From IMG/VR virus record IMGVR_UViG_3300005264_000064, positions 38,938 to 102,937 of that record: a stretch of 64,000 nucleotides of DNA, one strand, 5' to 3'. How positions within the stretch are numbered: the stretch's first letter is position 1; the number at the start of each line of letters is the position of its first letter. The position numbers and the translations under genes are program-made. The stretch is from a virus. This document shows positions 36,659 through 47,019 of this stretch, piece after piece. Below the pieces are notes generated by a model that saw only the letters and a list, made by a program, of their open reading frames with translations, was not told where the DNA came from and did no database searches.

Positions 36659-36879
36659 TTAGTGTCCTTTGATATGTCTACGAACATACGTAATGTTTTA
36701 TAAGCTGACTGTAGGCCAGCTCTGTCATCGAGAAGAGTGCTGTAGTATAGCCTTGAAGTTCCCGACGGTACCGATGAAGCGTTGATACTGCAGTCTGCTA
36801 GGTTGTTGTATCTTAGTACTTCAAGTATTTTGGGTACTTGGTCTGAGGTAGTTTTAGCTAGAACTGCTTTTTAGTAGGG

Positions 36880-37164
36880 CTAAGTGCCCCTGTAAGCAAG
36901 AGTATACCCAAGGTACTGAATATCAACACTGCCATTGTTACATACTCCGGTGCCGTGTTTTGCCTTTTTGTTGAATATCCTACGGAGAGTGTAGCTCCTG
37001 ATGAGACTGATTACTGTAAAGTAAAGTCCGATCAGGAGGTTGTCTGATAACGGGAGATGTACCCCAAATAGCGGGAAGATGGCTAGTTGGCTAAGGATTG
37101 CTACCATGTAGCCGATGAGGATGTTAAGGATTGCTTCTCGTAATGAATCGGTTCTTGATTGCAT
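36880..37164 (-). CDS. small phage membrane protein
   Basis: MQSRTDSLREAILNILIG...IFPLFG...RSYTLRRIFN. Confidence 0.6.
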   Translation of the reverse strand: MQSRTDSLREAILNILIGYMVAILSQLAIFPLFGVHLPLSDNLLIGLYFTVISLIRSYTLRRIFNKKAKHGTGVCNNGSVDIQYLGYTLAYRGT

Positions 37165-37173
37165 TAGAGCTCC

Positions 37174-39459
37174 TTAGAATATGATCTTAGCGAGTTGCTC
37201 GCCATTTGTTAGAACGTTGAGTGTCCCGTTGTTGTCTGCTGAGATGACAGTGTCAGCTGACATTTTGTTCGTAGTAATTTGTGACTTCTTGATTGACTTA
37301 CGAAGTACGTAGTCTACTGACAGACGTTGTGGTAAGTTAGCCAGTAAATGCTTGGTGTTATCAAATGAGGATATGACAGTGTTATGAAGAGAACTATTAT
37401 CTGAGATAGGTTTAGTAATAAATTTACACTTACCAGCCTTAACGTCGATGTATGAACCTACATAAGCCTTTGCTGGGTCATTTAGTTTGATAGCGTATGC
37501 TTGGCGTGCTAAGTCAATTGTTAGACTATTACTTGCCATGACTCTTTTTGATCTTGGAATGAAGTCTATGAACAAATGTGTATCGTATTTGTCTAAAGTT
37601 GCGCCACTGTACATTGTTAATGAGTTGATGATAGTATCTATCTCTGCTGATTGTGCCAGCTTGTAGTCTATGTCGATGAACTCTGCGGAGTATGTCGTAG
37701 TTGAGCATGACGTGATGTCTCCTGAGGATACTGCGAGTAGTTGTGGTTTCCCGGTGGCCTTGTTCCCTACCTGTAGCTGCGGTGCGCCGTAGTAGCATTG
37801 ATACACTTGTTCACCACGTAGGAGGGATGTGTTGAGGTCGATGTCACACGAGCCGTTTCCAGCGTCTCTCCATACTACACCTAGACGTATGAAATCTGTG
37901 TCTACTGGGATAGTTATTGATGAACCTGGAGGTAGGAAATTGCCTGAGACTTGATTATCTGTAGACTCTGCTCCTGAGTATTGAATAGCGATATCTGCTA
38001 GCGATGGATCGATGTAGACTTTACCAAGAGATTTGTTCTGTTCTTTCTTGACTGACTTAATGTAGCTCTTTAAGGTCTTAAGGGCTGACTTAGCCATCGT
38101 TGTGTCAATAGCTGGTATTGGTGTTGTGTAGCGAACTGTGACACCTTGTACCTCACGAGTTGTAATTGGTGATTGATGTACTGGGTTCTTAATTTCTTCG
38201 ATTAACTGCCAAGCTGTTTTAATAGCTGGTGTTGTCTTTGTTAGAAAATCTGAAAAATCGTACTTTAAGAATGCAGTAATATCAGATTTAGCATACTTAG
38301 TTTTGTCTAACAGCAAATCAGTTGTATTTGGAGTTGTCTTACTTGCCAGTGGAGTACCCTTTGGGTATTTCAACAAGTTAACAAGGTTACGTAGTACAAG
38401 TCCTGGACGTTCCTGCAGTATTTCAACAGCTTTAGCGAAGTCTCCTGCTTGCATTGCTGCTGAGTAGCGGCTGTTGAATGTCCAACTACGGTCATTGCTA
38501 TATAGTTTGTCAGTGAGTACTTTGAGGTTCGGGTACCTCTTTAGTTCACGAGAAGCTGATGTCCAGTGGCAATGATGTAGGCAACGTTTCCAAAATTGCT
38601 CGTTTGTTAGGAGTTGTTCTACGATGTAGTCAGTATTCTCACAGTCGTTGAAATACTGAAGTATCACTTTCTTCATTCTCGTTGGTAAGTGGAATTTGAA
38701 GGATTTTAACATACTATTAGTTATTTGTCCTGAATAGTCAATTGCATTATCACCTTGTTGGAAGTTAGTGAGAATGAGCCTCATTAACATTGTTGGTGAC
38801 TTAATATGAGGTGTATTACCTAAGTTGTGCATAAGGTTCATGTAGAATGCTTCAGTTGCCTGTACCTTAAAATCTGTTGATGCAAGTTTAATGATGTGCT
38901 CTGGAGCTGCCTTTAGCAACTGCTTTTGTTGAAGGCGGAGAGGTACTGGAGATGACAAGATTGATTGTAGGTACACAACAGCATCTGCTGTATTTAGCAA
39001 TGTAACTTCCTTAGTAGTCGATGGTAGTTTTACGGCTGTTGTAAAATCATAGTCATTTGCATAGTTTGCCAATACTTTTACAGCAGTTTCTGGGAAATTT
39101 GCCGCGTAAAGGTCTTGCCATCCATAAGTAACAGCGTATTGTGCTAAGATTACTGCTGTCTCTTCAAGAGTATACGTTTCTAACTTAGTAGTGCTTGCAA
39201 ACGAATCTCTGAGCTTATACGCACCAACTTGTGCAGAATTTGCAACAGTTGGTATTTGCTCTAGAGCTATAGCTAGGAAATCTCTGTTTGCTGAAAACAA
39301 TATTTCTGGATTTGTTAGATGCAGGTTTAACTTTGACAGTTTTAGTAAAACTGCAGTAATAAGCTCTCTAGTAGTGTAGTCTGACTGGGTTGGCTTGCTG
39401 TCGATATAAATGTTGCTGGTAGTTCCAAACAGTAATGTTTGAAATTGTGTTGCTTTCAT
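37174..39459 (-). CDS. TROVE/ROT-like helical domain fused to a TerD-like C-terminal domain
   Basis: RPGLVLRNLVNLL (compare Ro60 MPxxALLRNL); C-terminal W...DIDL...SSGDITS...AEFIDID TerD-like motif. Confidence 0.6.
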   Translation of the reverse strand: MKATQFQTLLFGTTSNIYIDSKPTQSDYTTRELITAVLLKLSKLNLHLTNPEILFSANRDFLAIALEQIPTVANSAQVGAYKLRDSFASTTKLETYTLEETAVILAQYAVTYGWQDLYAANFPETAVKVLANYANDYDFTTAVKLPSTTKEVTLLNTADAVVYLQSILSSPVPLRLQQKQLLKAAPEHIIKLASTDFKVQATEAFYMNLMHNLGNTPHIKSPTMLMRLILTNFQQGDNAIDYSGQITNSMLKSFKFHLPTRMKKVILQYFNDCENTDYIVEQLLTNEQFWKRCLHHCHWTSASRELKRYPNLKVLTDKLYSNDRSWTFNSRYSAAMQAGDFAKAVEILQERPGLVLRNLVNLLKYPKGTPLASKTTPNTTDLLLDKTKYAKSDITAFLKYDFSDFLTKTTPAIKTAWQLIEEIKNPVHQSPITTREVQGVTVRYTTPIPAIDTTMAKSALKTLKSYIKSVKKEQNKSLGKVYIDPSLADIAIQYSGAESTDNQVSGNFLPPGSSITIPVDTDFIRLGVVWRDAGNGSCDIDLNTSLLRGEQVYQCYYGAPQLQVGNKATGKPQLLAVSSGDITSCSTTTYSAEFIDIDYKLAQSAEIDTIINSLTMYSGATLDKYDTHLFIDFIPRSKRVMASNSLTIDLARQAYAIKLNDPAKAYVGSYIDVKAGKCKFITKPISDNSSLHNTVISSFDNTKHLLANLPQRLSVDYVLRKSIKKSQITTNKMSADTVISADNNGTLNVLTNGEQLAKIIF

Positions 39460-39476
39460 TATGTTTCCTTTGGGTT

Positions 39477-39563
39477 TAGTGCTTAAATCAACGCAGTGTA
39501 TGTAGTTAGTAGTTTAATCCAAAATAAGTAACTAAAAACAGGACTGCGCTGGTTTAAGAACTA
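39477..39563 (-). ncRNA. Y-RNA-like structured repeat, copy 1
   Basis: About 21-bp terminal stem enclosing AGTCCT...GTTACTTA...AACTAC...ATACACT. Confidence 0.7.
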
Positions 39564-39567
39564 GAAG

Positions 39568-39724
39568 TACTCATTTCAAAGACACACAGTTACTACAGCC
39601 AGAGGCTAGCATAGTGCGTAGGTGTTGCTGCATAAGGTACCAGGGAGCTACCCAGGGTTCTAGTGAATTTAAAATTACTGTAAAACCTGTAATCTACAAC
39701 AACTGTGTGCCTATGAAATGAGTA
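39568..39724 (-). ncRNA. stem-enclosed structured element
   Basis: 24-nt IR 39568-39591/39701-39724 around about 110 nt. Confidence 0.5.
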
Positions 39725-39890
39725 ATAGGTATAATTTCCAGAGTTATACTGGATTCTTATACAATGACAGGCGGTTCTTGTACGCTATCAGTCATAGTGT
39801 AAAGGGGCTCTTTAGTGACAGTGTTGACATAACTGTCAGAGTGAAAGGCGGTGTAATCTTCGATCGAAGACTACGAGAGTTTAAGTGATT

Positions 39891-39986
39891 TACACTTAAC
39901 AAGACGTAGTGTATGTGTGATGTAGTTATTGCAAATTAAAAGTTTGTTAAGTAACATCGATACAGGACTACGCCTTGTTAAGTGTA
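39891..39986 (-). ncRNA. Y-RNA-like structured repeat, copy 2
   Basis: 20-bp terminal stem and the same four conserved boxes. Confidence 0.7.
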
Positions 39987-40057
39987 GGATATAAGCGACT
40001 TTATAACTGTGGCTATTGACTATCAGGGCAACTAAGTATAGAGTACAGGTAGTTGAG

Positions 40058-40139
40058 CTCGGCAAGTGTATAGGTGTAGTAGTTGTTGGTTAGCCCGAAG
40101 GCTATAATATTTAAGTAACTACACGAAGGACTTGCCGAG
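40058..40139 (-). ncRNA. Y-RNA-like structured repeat, copy 3
   Basis: CTCGGCAAGT/ACTTGCCGAG stem, same boxes, apical cUUCGg hairpin. Confidence 0.7.
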
Positions 40140-40315
40140 TTTACTACATTTCGTAAGTTGTTGTAGAGATCTTCTGACCTTTGCTGTTTTTAGAGATTGT
40201 GACTACTGTCTTCATCCCAACTGATGTCTTACGTGCACTACCATTGCCCCAAGTGGAGTTTCTGTTTTTCTTGCATGTGTGTAGAGCTTTGCGCTCCCCT
40301 ACTTTTAGTGCCATA

Positions 40316-40615
40316 CTATTTTCCTTGTAGTGTAATAATTGTGTGCAAGGCTACTACTAATGCCTGCTGTTTACTTGTTGAACATGTCTCCATGTATTGC
40401 AGTAATGATACTATGTTAGTAATTTTGTCGGATACTACAGCATGTAATACCATTATTATTGCCCCTAACGTTTTATCATCTACTGCGTTGAGTGCTAGTC
40501 CTATTGTTAGTAGGACGTAGAGTTCCATATTGTCTTCTGGTACGTCGTTTTTAGTTGAGTAGCCGAATAGGCCTGTTACTGTATCTGCCTCTGGGTGTGT
40601 AATTAGCGATTTCAT
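40316..40615 (-). CDS. hypothetical protein
   Basis: ORF with AAGGA SD. Confidence 0.5.
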   Translation of the reverse strand: MKSLITHPEADTVTGLFGYSTKNDVPEDNMELYVLLTIGLALNAVDDKTLGAIIMVLHAVVSDKITNIVSLLQYMETCSTSKQQALVVALHTIITLQGK

Positions 40616-41160
40616 TTTGATTCCTTTTCATTTACTAATGTCCAGCCTAATCCTAGTAGTCTGTTCACTTCTGATTTTTCAATATTGAAAATCTGCCCGT
40701 TAGGGTTCTTCATGGGTACCATAGGTGTCCTTTATCTCTGTCTGTTGTTTTATGCGGCCAGAATTGCAGTTTTTCTTTTCCGTAGGTTTTACCCGATAGC
40801 CAGTATGGTTATCCCATGTTGGGTTAGAACAGTAATACCATACACCTGCCCAAATTTCAATAGTCTTACCTTCAGCGAATGCTTTACGCTCTTCAAAAAA
40901 CTTATCTTGAATAGCAAAGGGTCCTAGTCCTGAACTTAGCGTTGTACTTGGGTCCATCTTGAACCACTCACCGTTTGAGCCTAAGCTCCGTACTGGTATA
41001 TCGTTTAGTAAGGCTATAATAACCTCTTTTCTATCTTTCAGTTCTGAAGTATAAACTCACAAGCTTCAAAATAGTCGCTGGCCCTGAATTTACCTACGAC
41101 TTTGTAATGATACACGTCTTGCAAGTAACTTCAAGCTGTCGACCTTAGTCAGATATACTT

Positions 41161-42555
41161 TTAGCCTTTTGTTTCTACAACTGGAATTGATGTTGTAAAG
41201 CCTTTATTAAACTTGTAAATACGGATTGTAAACCCAAGATATCCTGGTTTTTGAAGGTCAGCTTTTGCTGACTTTATGTCTGTTGCTGTTGCTTCTGTTT
41301 TCATGTCAAATATATTGCCATTTTGGTTGTATATTATAAGTACTGCAGAAGTAGCTTTCTCCAGAGCTGTTTTAGGCGCCTCTGGTTGTGGTTCTACTTG
41401 TCTAAGTATACTCGCGTCTATTTCTACTGTTACTTTTTCTTGCATTGTTCTTTCCTTTATTGTTTGTGTTTGTTTTTTAAGTTCTTGTGATTCACTGAAC
41501 TCACCGTTCTTGGTGTCATTTACTTTAATTTTAAATAACCTAGGTCTATTGTCCTTTAAGTAGTATACTTGTTTTAAATCTTTAATTATGTCTACAGGTG
41601 TCCACTCGGTAGTACCATAAGCAAAATATTCTAGCGTATGTGTCTTATTAAGCTCTTCCCAAAATTCCCAGTATTCATCAGAGAATTGATCATCAGGACA
41701 ACCTTCTGGCAAGTCTGCCTGTTTATACACAGGAATAAATGTTTTTGATAGCTGTATTCTACGTAATTGCTTGCTTATAGTAGCTGGACTAGTACATTTA
41801 ACCAGAGGTACCCATGAGGGTTTTTGTAAACAAGTGTATACCAATCTAACTCCAGTCTTGTATACTATTTGAAAAGCATCAAAGTATTCTTTAGTTTGTC
41901 TAGGCAGAAGTGAGTTTTGGTCAGCAGATTTTACTAACTCCCAATTTTCGTAGTGTGACGTAAAAGTATCTGTATAATACACAGTTTTTCCAACAACTTT
42001 ACATACCGTATGTTCAGAGTCTATAGGACATAAGTTACTTCCATTAGCTATTCTACGAATTACATCGCCTACTTTGAATGGGTTAGTGGTTACGGTTTCT
42101 TGGCAAATTACACGGAAGTCTTTAAAATTAATAAAGCCGTTATTAGAAGAAATCGTTACTCCGTTTGTGTGTATACACTTCACTTGTTCCAACGTACCTA
42201 TTACATGCTTTTCATACGCATGGTGAGATCTAATAGTAGTTTTAACAACTGTATCACCAACTTTAGCTTCTTCGCCAGGCAATGTTTCAATAAGTTTCCA
42301 GCCGTTAGTTACGTATTCAAAGTCTTGGATAACAGCATTAACGCTGTTTACATAAATACCTTCTTTAGGTACTTCAACAATTTGACGTAGCTCTCCTGGT
42401 TTTATGTCTCTATAGGCATTCTTTGCTTCTACTATGTCACCTACTTGAGCTTGTTCTATTGGTTTGTATGTATATTTCACTGTTATTCCTTTACTAGTTA
42501 AGTAGCATTTTTTGTAAGTACGGTTACACTTTATGTTTTCTTGGTAGACGTACAA
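41161..42555 (-). CDS. hypothetical multi-domain protein (repeated [Q/K]VGDxV modules)
   Basis: QVGDIV, KVGDTV, KVGDVI repeats; start uncertain. Confidence 0.55.
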   Translation of the reverse strand: MYVYQENIKCNRTYKKCYLTSKGITVKYTYKPIEQAQVGDIVEAKNAYRDIKPGELRQIVEVPKEGIYVNSVNAVIQDFEYVTNGWKLIETLPGEEAKVGDTVVKTTIRSHHAYEKHVIGTLEQVKCIHTNGVTISSNNGFINFKDFRVICQETVTTNPFKVGDVIRRIANGSNLCPIDSEHTVCKVVGKTVYYTDTFTSHYENWELVKSADQNSLLPRQTKEYFDAFQIVYKTGVRLVYTCLQKPSWVPLVKCTSPATISKQLRRIQLSKTFIPVYKQADLPEGCPDDQFSDEYWEFWEELNKTHTLEYFAYGTTEWTPVDIIKDLKQVYYLKDNRPRLFKIKVNDTKNGEFSESQELKKQTQTIKERTMQEKVTVEIDASILRQVEPQPEAPKTALEKATSAVLIIYNQNGNIFDMKTEATATDIKSAKADLQKPGYLGFTIRIYKFNKGFTTSIPVVETKG

Positions 42556-42773
42556 ATATTTGGTCGAAGTGTTTAAGCCACTTACGTGTCATTGTCTTTG
42601 TTGCTAGTTTTTTGTAATATAGTTTCCATAACGTTTTAGTTGTCATAATGTCTCCTTACTTACTATCGAGTTTTGGTATGCTTTTTACGAGCATACTCGA
42701 TGTTATCACCCTGTACGATTGACGTAATGAACTCCGTATCTCTCCTTATCTTACCGGCGAGGGTTTAGCCTTG

Positions 42774-43049
42774 TTACGAATGTACATCGAGATACTTATG
42801 TACTCGTTTAGATTGTTGTAACTCAGATGACAGTAATAATGCATCAACTCTGTTTTGTAGCATTGTTAAGTACTTATTGTTTACTTCTTGTTGTTTTTGT
42901 AACTCTGTATTGGTTCTTTTAAGTTTAATAATGGAAGTCAGCTGTTTATGTAACCAGTTAGCGGGTACTGTAATAGTTTCATCTTGTGGATGATGATCAA
43001 CTAGAAACTGGTCTAAGTCAACTACTTCAGCTATGTCGAAAGGTTGCAT
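42774..43049 (-). CDS. hypothetical coiled-coil protein
   Basis: ORF with AAGGA SD. Confidence 0.5.
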   Translation of the reverse strand: MQPFDIAEVVDLDQFLVDHHPQDETITVPANWLHKQLTSIIKLKRTNTELQKQQEVNNKYLTMLQNRVDALLLSSELQQSKRVHKYLDVHS

Positions 43050-43226
43050 TATTTTTCCTTTTCTTCTATAATTTAACGTAGTATTACTTGAAATGTATTT
43101 CTCGTAGCTACTTTAGAACAATTTAGCTTACCTCGTCGGGCTTTAACGTTGTTCTTTTATTCGCAAAGAGCAACTCTTATAAGGATTCCTAGTATTACCT
43201 AGGTTATTTTCATAAGTTATCCCTTT

Positions 43227-43496
43227 TTAGTAATGTTCTTCACTATCGTCAGACATTGTAACTAGTTCCAAACAGTCTGCGTATATAATTGTACCTTGGG
43301 TTAATAGTATATCCCCATCGCTGTCTGTACTATGTACTACTAAATCATTTGTAGTGTTACCGAGGAATTCTAGTATATCAGCGGAACCCCCGCATGCTCT
43401 GGCGTGTACTGCCATTCTCTTGTTTCTTATGTTATCGCAGACAATCTCCCAGTTGTCTACTAGACGTACATTATCACCATCGTTGAACGTTTTCAT
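43227..43496 (-). CDS. hypothetical protein
   Basis: ORF with AAGGA SD. Confidence 0.5.
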   Translation of the reverse strand: MKTFNDGDNVRLVDNWEIVCDNIRNKRMAVHARACGGSADILEFLGNTTNDLVVHSTDSDGDILLTQGTIIYADCLELVTMSDDSEEHY

Positions 43497-43580
43497 GCTA
43501 TTTTTCCTTGTTTAAGTTTTGTAGTACTAAGTGCCTACTTGTGTGTTTAAAGCTGTTAAGGATTATCGAAAATCCAAGTG

Positions 43581-43793
43581 TTAAGGTATTGGTATTGTTT
43601 CAGCTTCGTCTGATATTAAATTTGCTGATTCATGACGGCATATATCTGCTAATATTGAAGTCTTGAGTTCAGCTAATTCTTGTGTCACTTCTGTCAGTTC
43701 TTCGGCTGTCATTTTACGTAATTCGTCGGCGTCGTGTAATACCTGACATGAGAACGCTTGTAGGTGTTGTAATGTTGCTGTTGAAAGTATCAT
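43581..43793 (-). CDS. hypothetical protein
   Basis: ORF with ATGA overlap. Confidence 0.5.
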   Translation of the reverse strand: MILSTATLQHLQAFSCQVLHDADELRKMTAEELTEVTQELAELKTSILADICRHESANLISDEAETIPIP

Positions 43794-44053
43794 TCTAATT
43801 CTCCTTCTGGGAATAATTTACAGTCAGTAGTCGCTATTAGTACCTTGTTGTAAGACACATGAGAGCAAGTACAGTTGTTGATAATTTGGTTTAGCCAAGC
43901 CTTGAGTTTAGGGACTTGCTGTATGGGTACCCTCACTGGCACCATTGGGTGTGGGTTAAACACTATTGCAAGGGCCGTGATTACTGGTGGTACTTCGGCG
44001 CCTAACTCTTGGGGTTTTCCGTTGACAAGTATCTGTAACATTACACTACCCAT
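43790..44053 (-). CDS. hypothetical protein
   Basis: ORF in operon context. Confidence 0.45.
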   Translation of the reverse strand: MGSVMLQILVNGKPQELGAEVPPVITALAIVFNPHPMVPVRVPIQQVPKLKAWLNQIINNCTCSHVSYNKVLIATTDCKLFPEGELE

Positions 44054-44364
44054 CCTGGAACCGATATAATGGTACCTACGGAGTCCCTGGTGGCATGATT
44101 GCTGTCTGGGGCTACAAAGTCTTGTCTACCTAAGTATTGTGCCTGCTGGAGCACTACAGCGGATACTATGTAGTATGTATCCTTGATGACTGGTGGTAAT
44201 GGATCAATGAGGTTGCGAGTTGACTGAATGGGGAAGCCATCTAGCATACCTTTGTGTACCCAATCTAGCGAAGTCCTGATTGGTGGGCCTGATTTTCTAT
44301 ACACCCTTCGGTGGTCTCCGTTTACGAGTACTACGGTATGCGGCGTTAAGTTTATCATGTTCAT
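44041..44364 (-). CDS. NLTPH-motif protein (paralog of 47664..47981)
   Basis: INLTPH...LP....YIVS...RQD..AP....RD..G.I. Confidence 0.6.
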   Translation of the reverse strand: MNMINLTPHTVVLVNGDHRRVYRKSGPPIRTSLDWVHKGMLDGFPIQSTRNLIDPLPPVIKDTYYIVSAVVLQQAQYLGRQDFVAPDSNHATRDSVGTIISVPGWVV

Positions 44365-44449
44365 TGTGTTGTTCCTTTAGGTTTGTATAAACGTTATTAG
44401 TAGTGAAATAATTGCCAATACTAAGATAAGGTATATATCACTTTCCATT

Positions 44450-44842
44450 TTATACTTCCTGTAATAGTATGTTCAGTGTGTCGTAGACATTTCTGAAGTT
44501 CTTTTGGTTCTTTGGATGGCGTAAGAAACGGAATACGTTATTTTCTACATCTTTAGCTGTTTGGTGGCTGGTTAGTTGAAGAAGATAGTTAATGTCAGTC
44601 ATCTTTAGGTCCTCAAAGTAGCAAGCTTTCTCACTATCAAGTAATTGGAGTGCGATAAGAGGTCGTAAGAAGTCTCTAATGAATATTGGTTTAGTAATCA
44701 GACGACGATTGTTTAGACGAGTAGTTATTACAAATTTGTCATATAGTTCCTTTTGTGTCTTCTTACTGAGAGCTTTCTCGAAACCGTCTATAAGAGCCTT
44801 TAGGTACTCGACTTCTGGGGCGTAGTTCCGGGTAGTTTGCAT
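44450..44842 (-). CDS. hypothetical protein
   Basis: ORF with AAGGA SD. Confidence 0.55.
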   Translation of the reverse strand: MQTTRNYAPEVEYLKALIDGFEKALSKKTQKELYDKFVITTRLNNRRLITKPIFIRDFLRPLIALQLLDSEKACYFEDLKMTDINYLLQLTSHQTAKDVENNVFRFLRHPKNQKNFRNVYDTLNILLQEV

Positions 44843-44954
44843 TTATTTTCCTTTTAAGTTTTAGCATTGCTGCTTGATATATTTGATGAACTCGTTGTCT
44901 GGATACTCCTAGTTGTTGGGCAATCTCATCGAATGTCATGGGTTCTTCTGTCAT
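44763..44954 (-). CDS. sigma70 region 4-like HTH protein
   Basis: MTFDEIAQQLGVSRQRVHQIYQAAMLKLK. Confidence 0.7.
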   Translation of the reverse strand: MTEEPMTFDEIAQQLGVSRQRVHQIYQAAMLKLKRKINANYPELRPRSRVPKGSYRRFRESSQ

Positions 44955-45377
44955 TGGTACTCCTTGTTTAGTTGATAACGTGTTGACTATACAATCCTTG
45001 TGAGAGAGTGCCTAGCGAGTTTCCATCAAGAAATCCTGCTAACGCCGGTATATACGTAAGAATGGTATTATTACAGATATCAAGTATTTCTTGCAGTGCT
45101 TTGTCTTCATGTGCTTGTGTGATGTAGATATGTTTACGATACCTGCCTTTGTATTTACGTCGTTTCATGTTCTTCCTTACAGTACTCTGTGATCCCACGC
45201 AGCGTAGTCACGGTAGCTGGATGGGTACCCATAAAGCAAATGTTCATTGTCATGGCACTCTCTACATAGTGAGATGAGTGATGACATTGGTTCGTGTGGG
45301 ATTAATATGTAGTCAGCCATGTGATGTTAAGCGTGTATTAAGATTAGTTATGTTATTGTACCGTATAAGGATTTACA

Positions 45378-46472
45378 ATGGTATTAGCTAAAGGTATTAC
45401 ACACAAAACTATTCTTAAAACGTTCAGTAACCTACCTAGCAGGCTTTTTAAGGTGCATGGTACTAAATACACTTATGATAATGCTATATTTTCTGGGGTT
45501 AAGAAAGAGTTTATTGCTACATGCAGTAAGCATGGGGACTGGAGTACTACGGTGGATAGGCTTGTCAATGCTAGGTCTGGCTGCCCATTGTGCAGTGGTA
45601 TATACACAGGAACTACCGCTACATTTATAGCAAAGTCAAAAGAATTATATGGTACTATGTTTTCTTATGCGTCTACTAACTATACTTGTAGTAGTGAGGC
45701 TGTAGTGGTTACTTGTAGCCAACACGGGGACTTTACAACTATACCTGCCCAACATCTTACGGGTACTTCTGGCTGCAAGATGTGTGCTGGACGGGTTTAT
45801 GACACTAGTAGTTTCATAAGTAAAGCTACTACAGTACACGCCTCTAAGTATAAGTATAACAAAGTTGCGTATAGTACAGCGCACAGAAAAGTTGTAATAA
45901 CATGTCCAATACATGGGGATTTTAAACAAACCCCAAACTCCCATTTAGCAGGTAAAGGTTGTACCAAGTGCAGTAGTACTTTAGTGGGTAACAAGAAAAG
46001 AAAGACTAGCAACACTTTTGCACATGAGGCTAATAAGGTGCACCACGGTGCTTATACTTACGGTCCTTATGTGTCTGCACATACTAAGATTTGTATTACC
46101 TGTAAGGAACATGGGGAATTTTTTCAAACTCCTCGTAACCATTTAGCAGGTACTGCTTGTCCTGGGTGTAGTAGTGGTGGTTTTAACCCAAATAAGCCCG
46201 CTATTTTATACTACCTTTCTATTAATAACGGTAAAGCGTATAAGATAGGAATTACTAATAGAACAGTTAAAAAGCGGTATAGCCCTGAAGATCGTAAAAA
46301 GATTAGTATTTTGGCCCAAGTGCTTTATATAAACGGTAATGACGCTCGCCTAGAAGAACAGCGAATACTTACTAAGTATCAGCATTTCAAGTACAAGGGG
46401 AAACCCTTATTAGCTACCGGGAATACAGAGTTATTCTATTTGGATGTGCTTAATTTCGCGGGTCCGCATTAA
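45378..46472 (+). CDS. putative homing endonuclease with tandem zinc-ribbon repeats and GIY-YIG-like C-terminus
   Basis: Four CxxHG...GCxxC-type repeats, then LYYL...YKIGITN; the only long plus-strand gene in the early region. Confidence 0.75.
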   Translation: MVLAKGITHKTILKTFSNLPSRLFKVHGTKYTYDNAIFSGVKKEFIATCSKHGDWSTTVDRLVNARSGCPLCSGIYTGTTATFIAKSKELYGTMFSYASTNYTCSSEAVVVTCSQHGDFTTIPAQHLTGTSGCKMCAGRVYDTSSFISKATTVHASKYKYNKVAYSTAHRKVVITCPIHGDFKQTPNSHLAGKGCTKCSSTLVGNKKRKTSNTFAHEANKVHHGAYTYGPYVSAHTKICITCKEHGEFFQTPRNHLAGTACPGCSSGGFNPNKPAILYYLSINNGKAYKIGITNRTVKKRYSPEDRKKISILAQVLYINGNDARLEEQRILTKYQHFKYKGKPLLATGNTELFYLDVLNFAGPH

Positions 46473-47019
46473 AGTCCATGTACTCCTGGTGTGTATTAGG
46501 GTAGCCATAGGCTTCATGTGTATTTGTATGGCAAGTTCTGCATAGCGCTACTAAGTCTTTTTCAGTTTCCGATGGTACGTTTTTATACATGATGTGATGC
46601 ACATCGAGTGCTACATCGGTAGCTCCGCATCGTTGGCACACATAGTTGTCTCTCTTTAGTACTGCCTTTCTTTTAGTGTCCCACATAGTAGACTTTAAGT
46701 AGTCTGTTTTCATGAGGCGGAAAGCGTAGGCTGTTTGTTGGTCATCTAAGTCTTCTATATCTATTGGCAGGTCTAAGGGTGTGTCGAGAGTGTTTTTGAG
46801 GAGGTCTTGGAGTTCTTGTAGAGATACTCTGCAGTTAGGGGTCTTGCTAAGTTTCTTTACGTCCTTTAGGTCTTCGGTTACTTGCTCATTGTTAAATACC
46901 GCATATGCTATTACGTACACTACACCTCCCAGTAGCCCTGCGACAATTATAGGTAGTACTGTTAGAGCTAGAAAGAATGCAATCCAGCCAAGGACAGCAC
47001 TGACATGCGTATTATTCAT
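46450..47019 (-). CDS. HNH endonuclease with N-terminal TM
   Basis: VLKRDNYVCQRCG...DVHH..Y...LVALCRTCH. Confidence 0.75.
   Translation of the reverse strand: MNNTHVSAVLGWIAFFLALTVLPIIVAGLLGGVVYVIAYAVFNNEQVTEDLKDVKKLSKTPNCRVSLQELQDLLKNTLDTPLDLPIDIEDLDDQQTAYAFRLMKTDYLKSTMWDTKRKAVLKRDNYVCQRCGATDVALDVHHIMYKNVPSETEKDLVALCRTCHTNTHEAYGYPNTHQEYMDFNADPRN

Noticed and set aside
36655-36870. Start-less frame ending LYYSTLLDDRAGLQSAY (HAD-like remnant)
   Set aside because: No start codon and only a weak motif; a possible pseudogene but not supportable.
39477-40139. CRISPR array
   Set aside because: Only short boxes are conserved, spacing is irregular, and there are no identical 25-40-bp repeats or cas genes.
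102-44069. Many short plus-strand ORFs in the ORF track
   Set aside because: They are antisense shadows of well-supported minus-strand genes.
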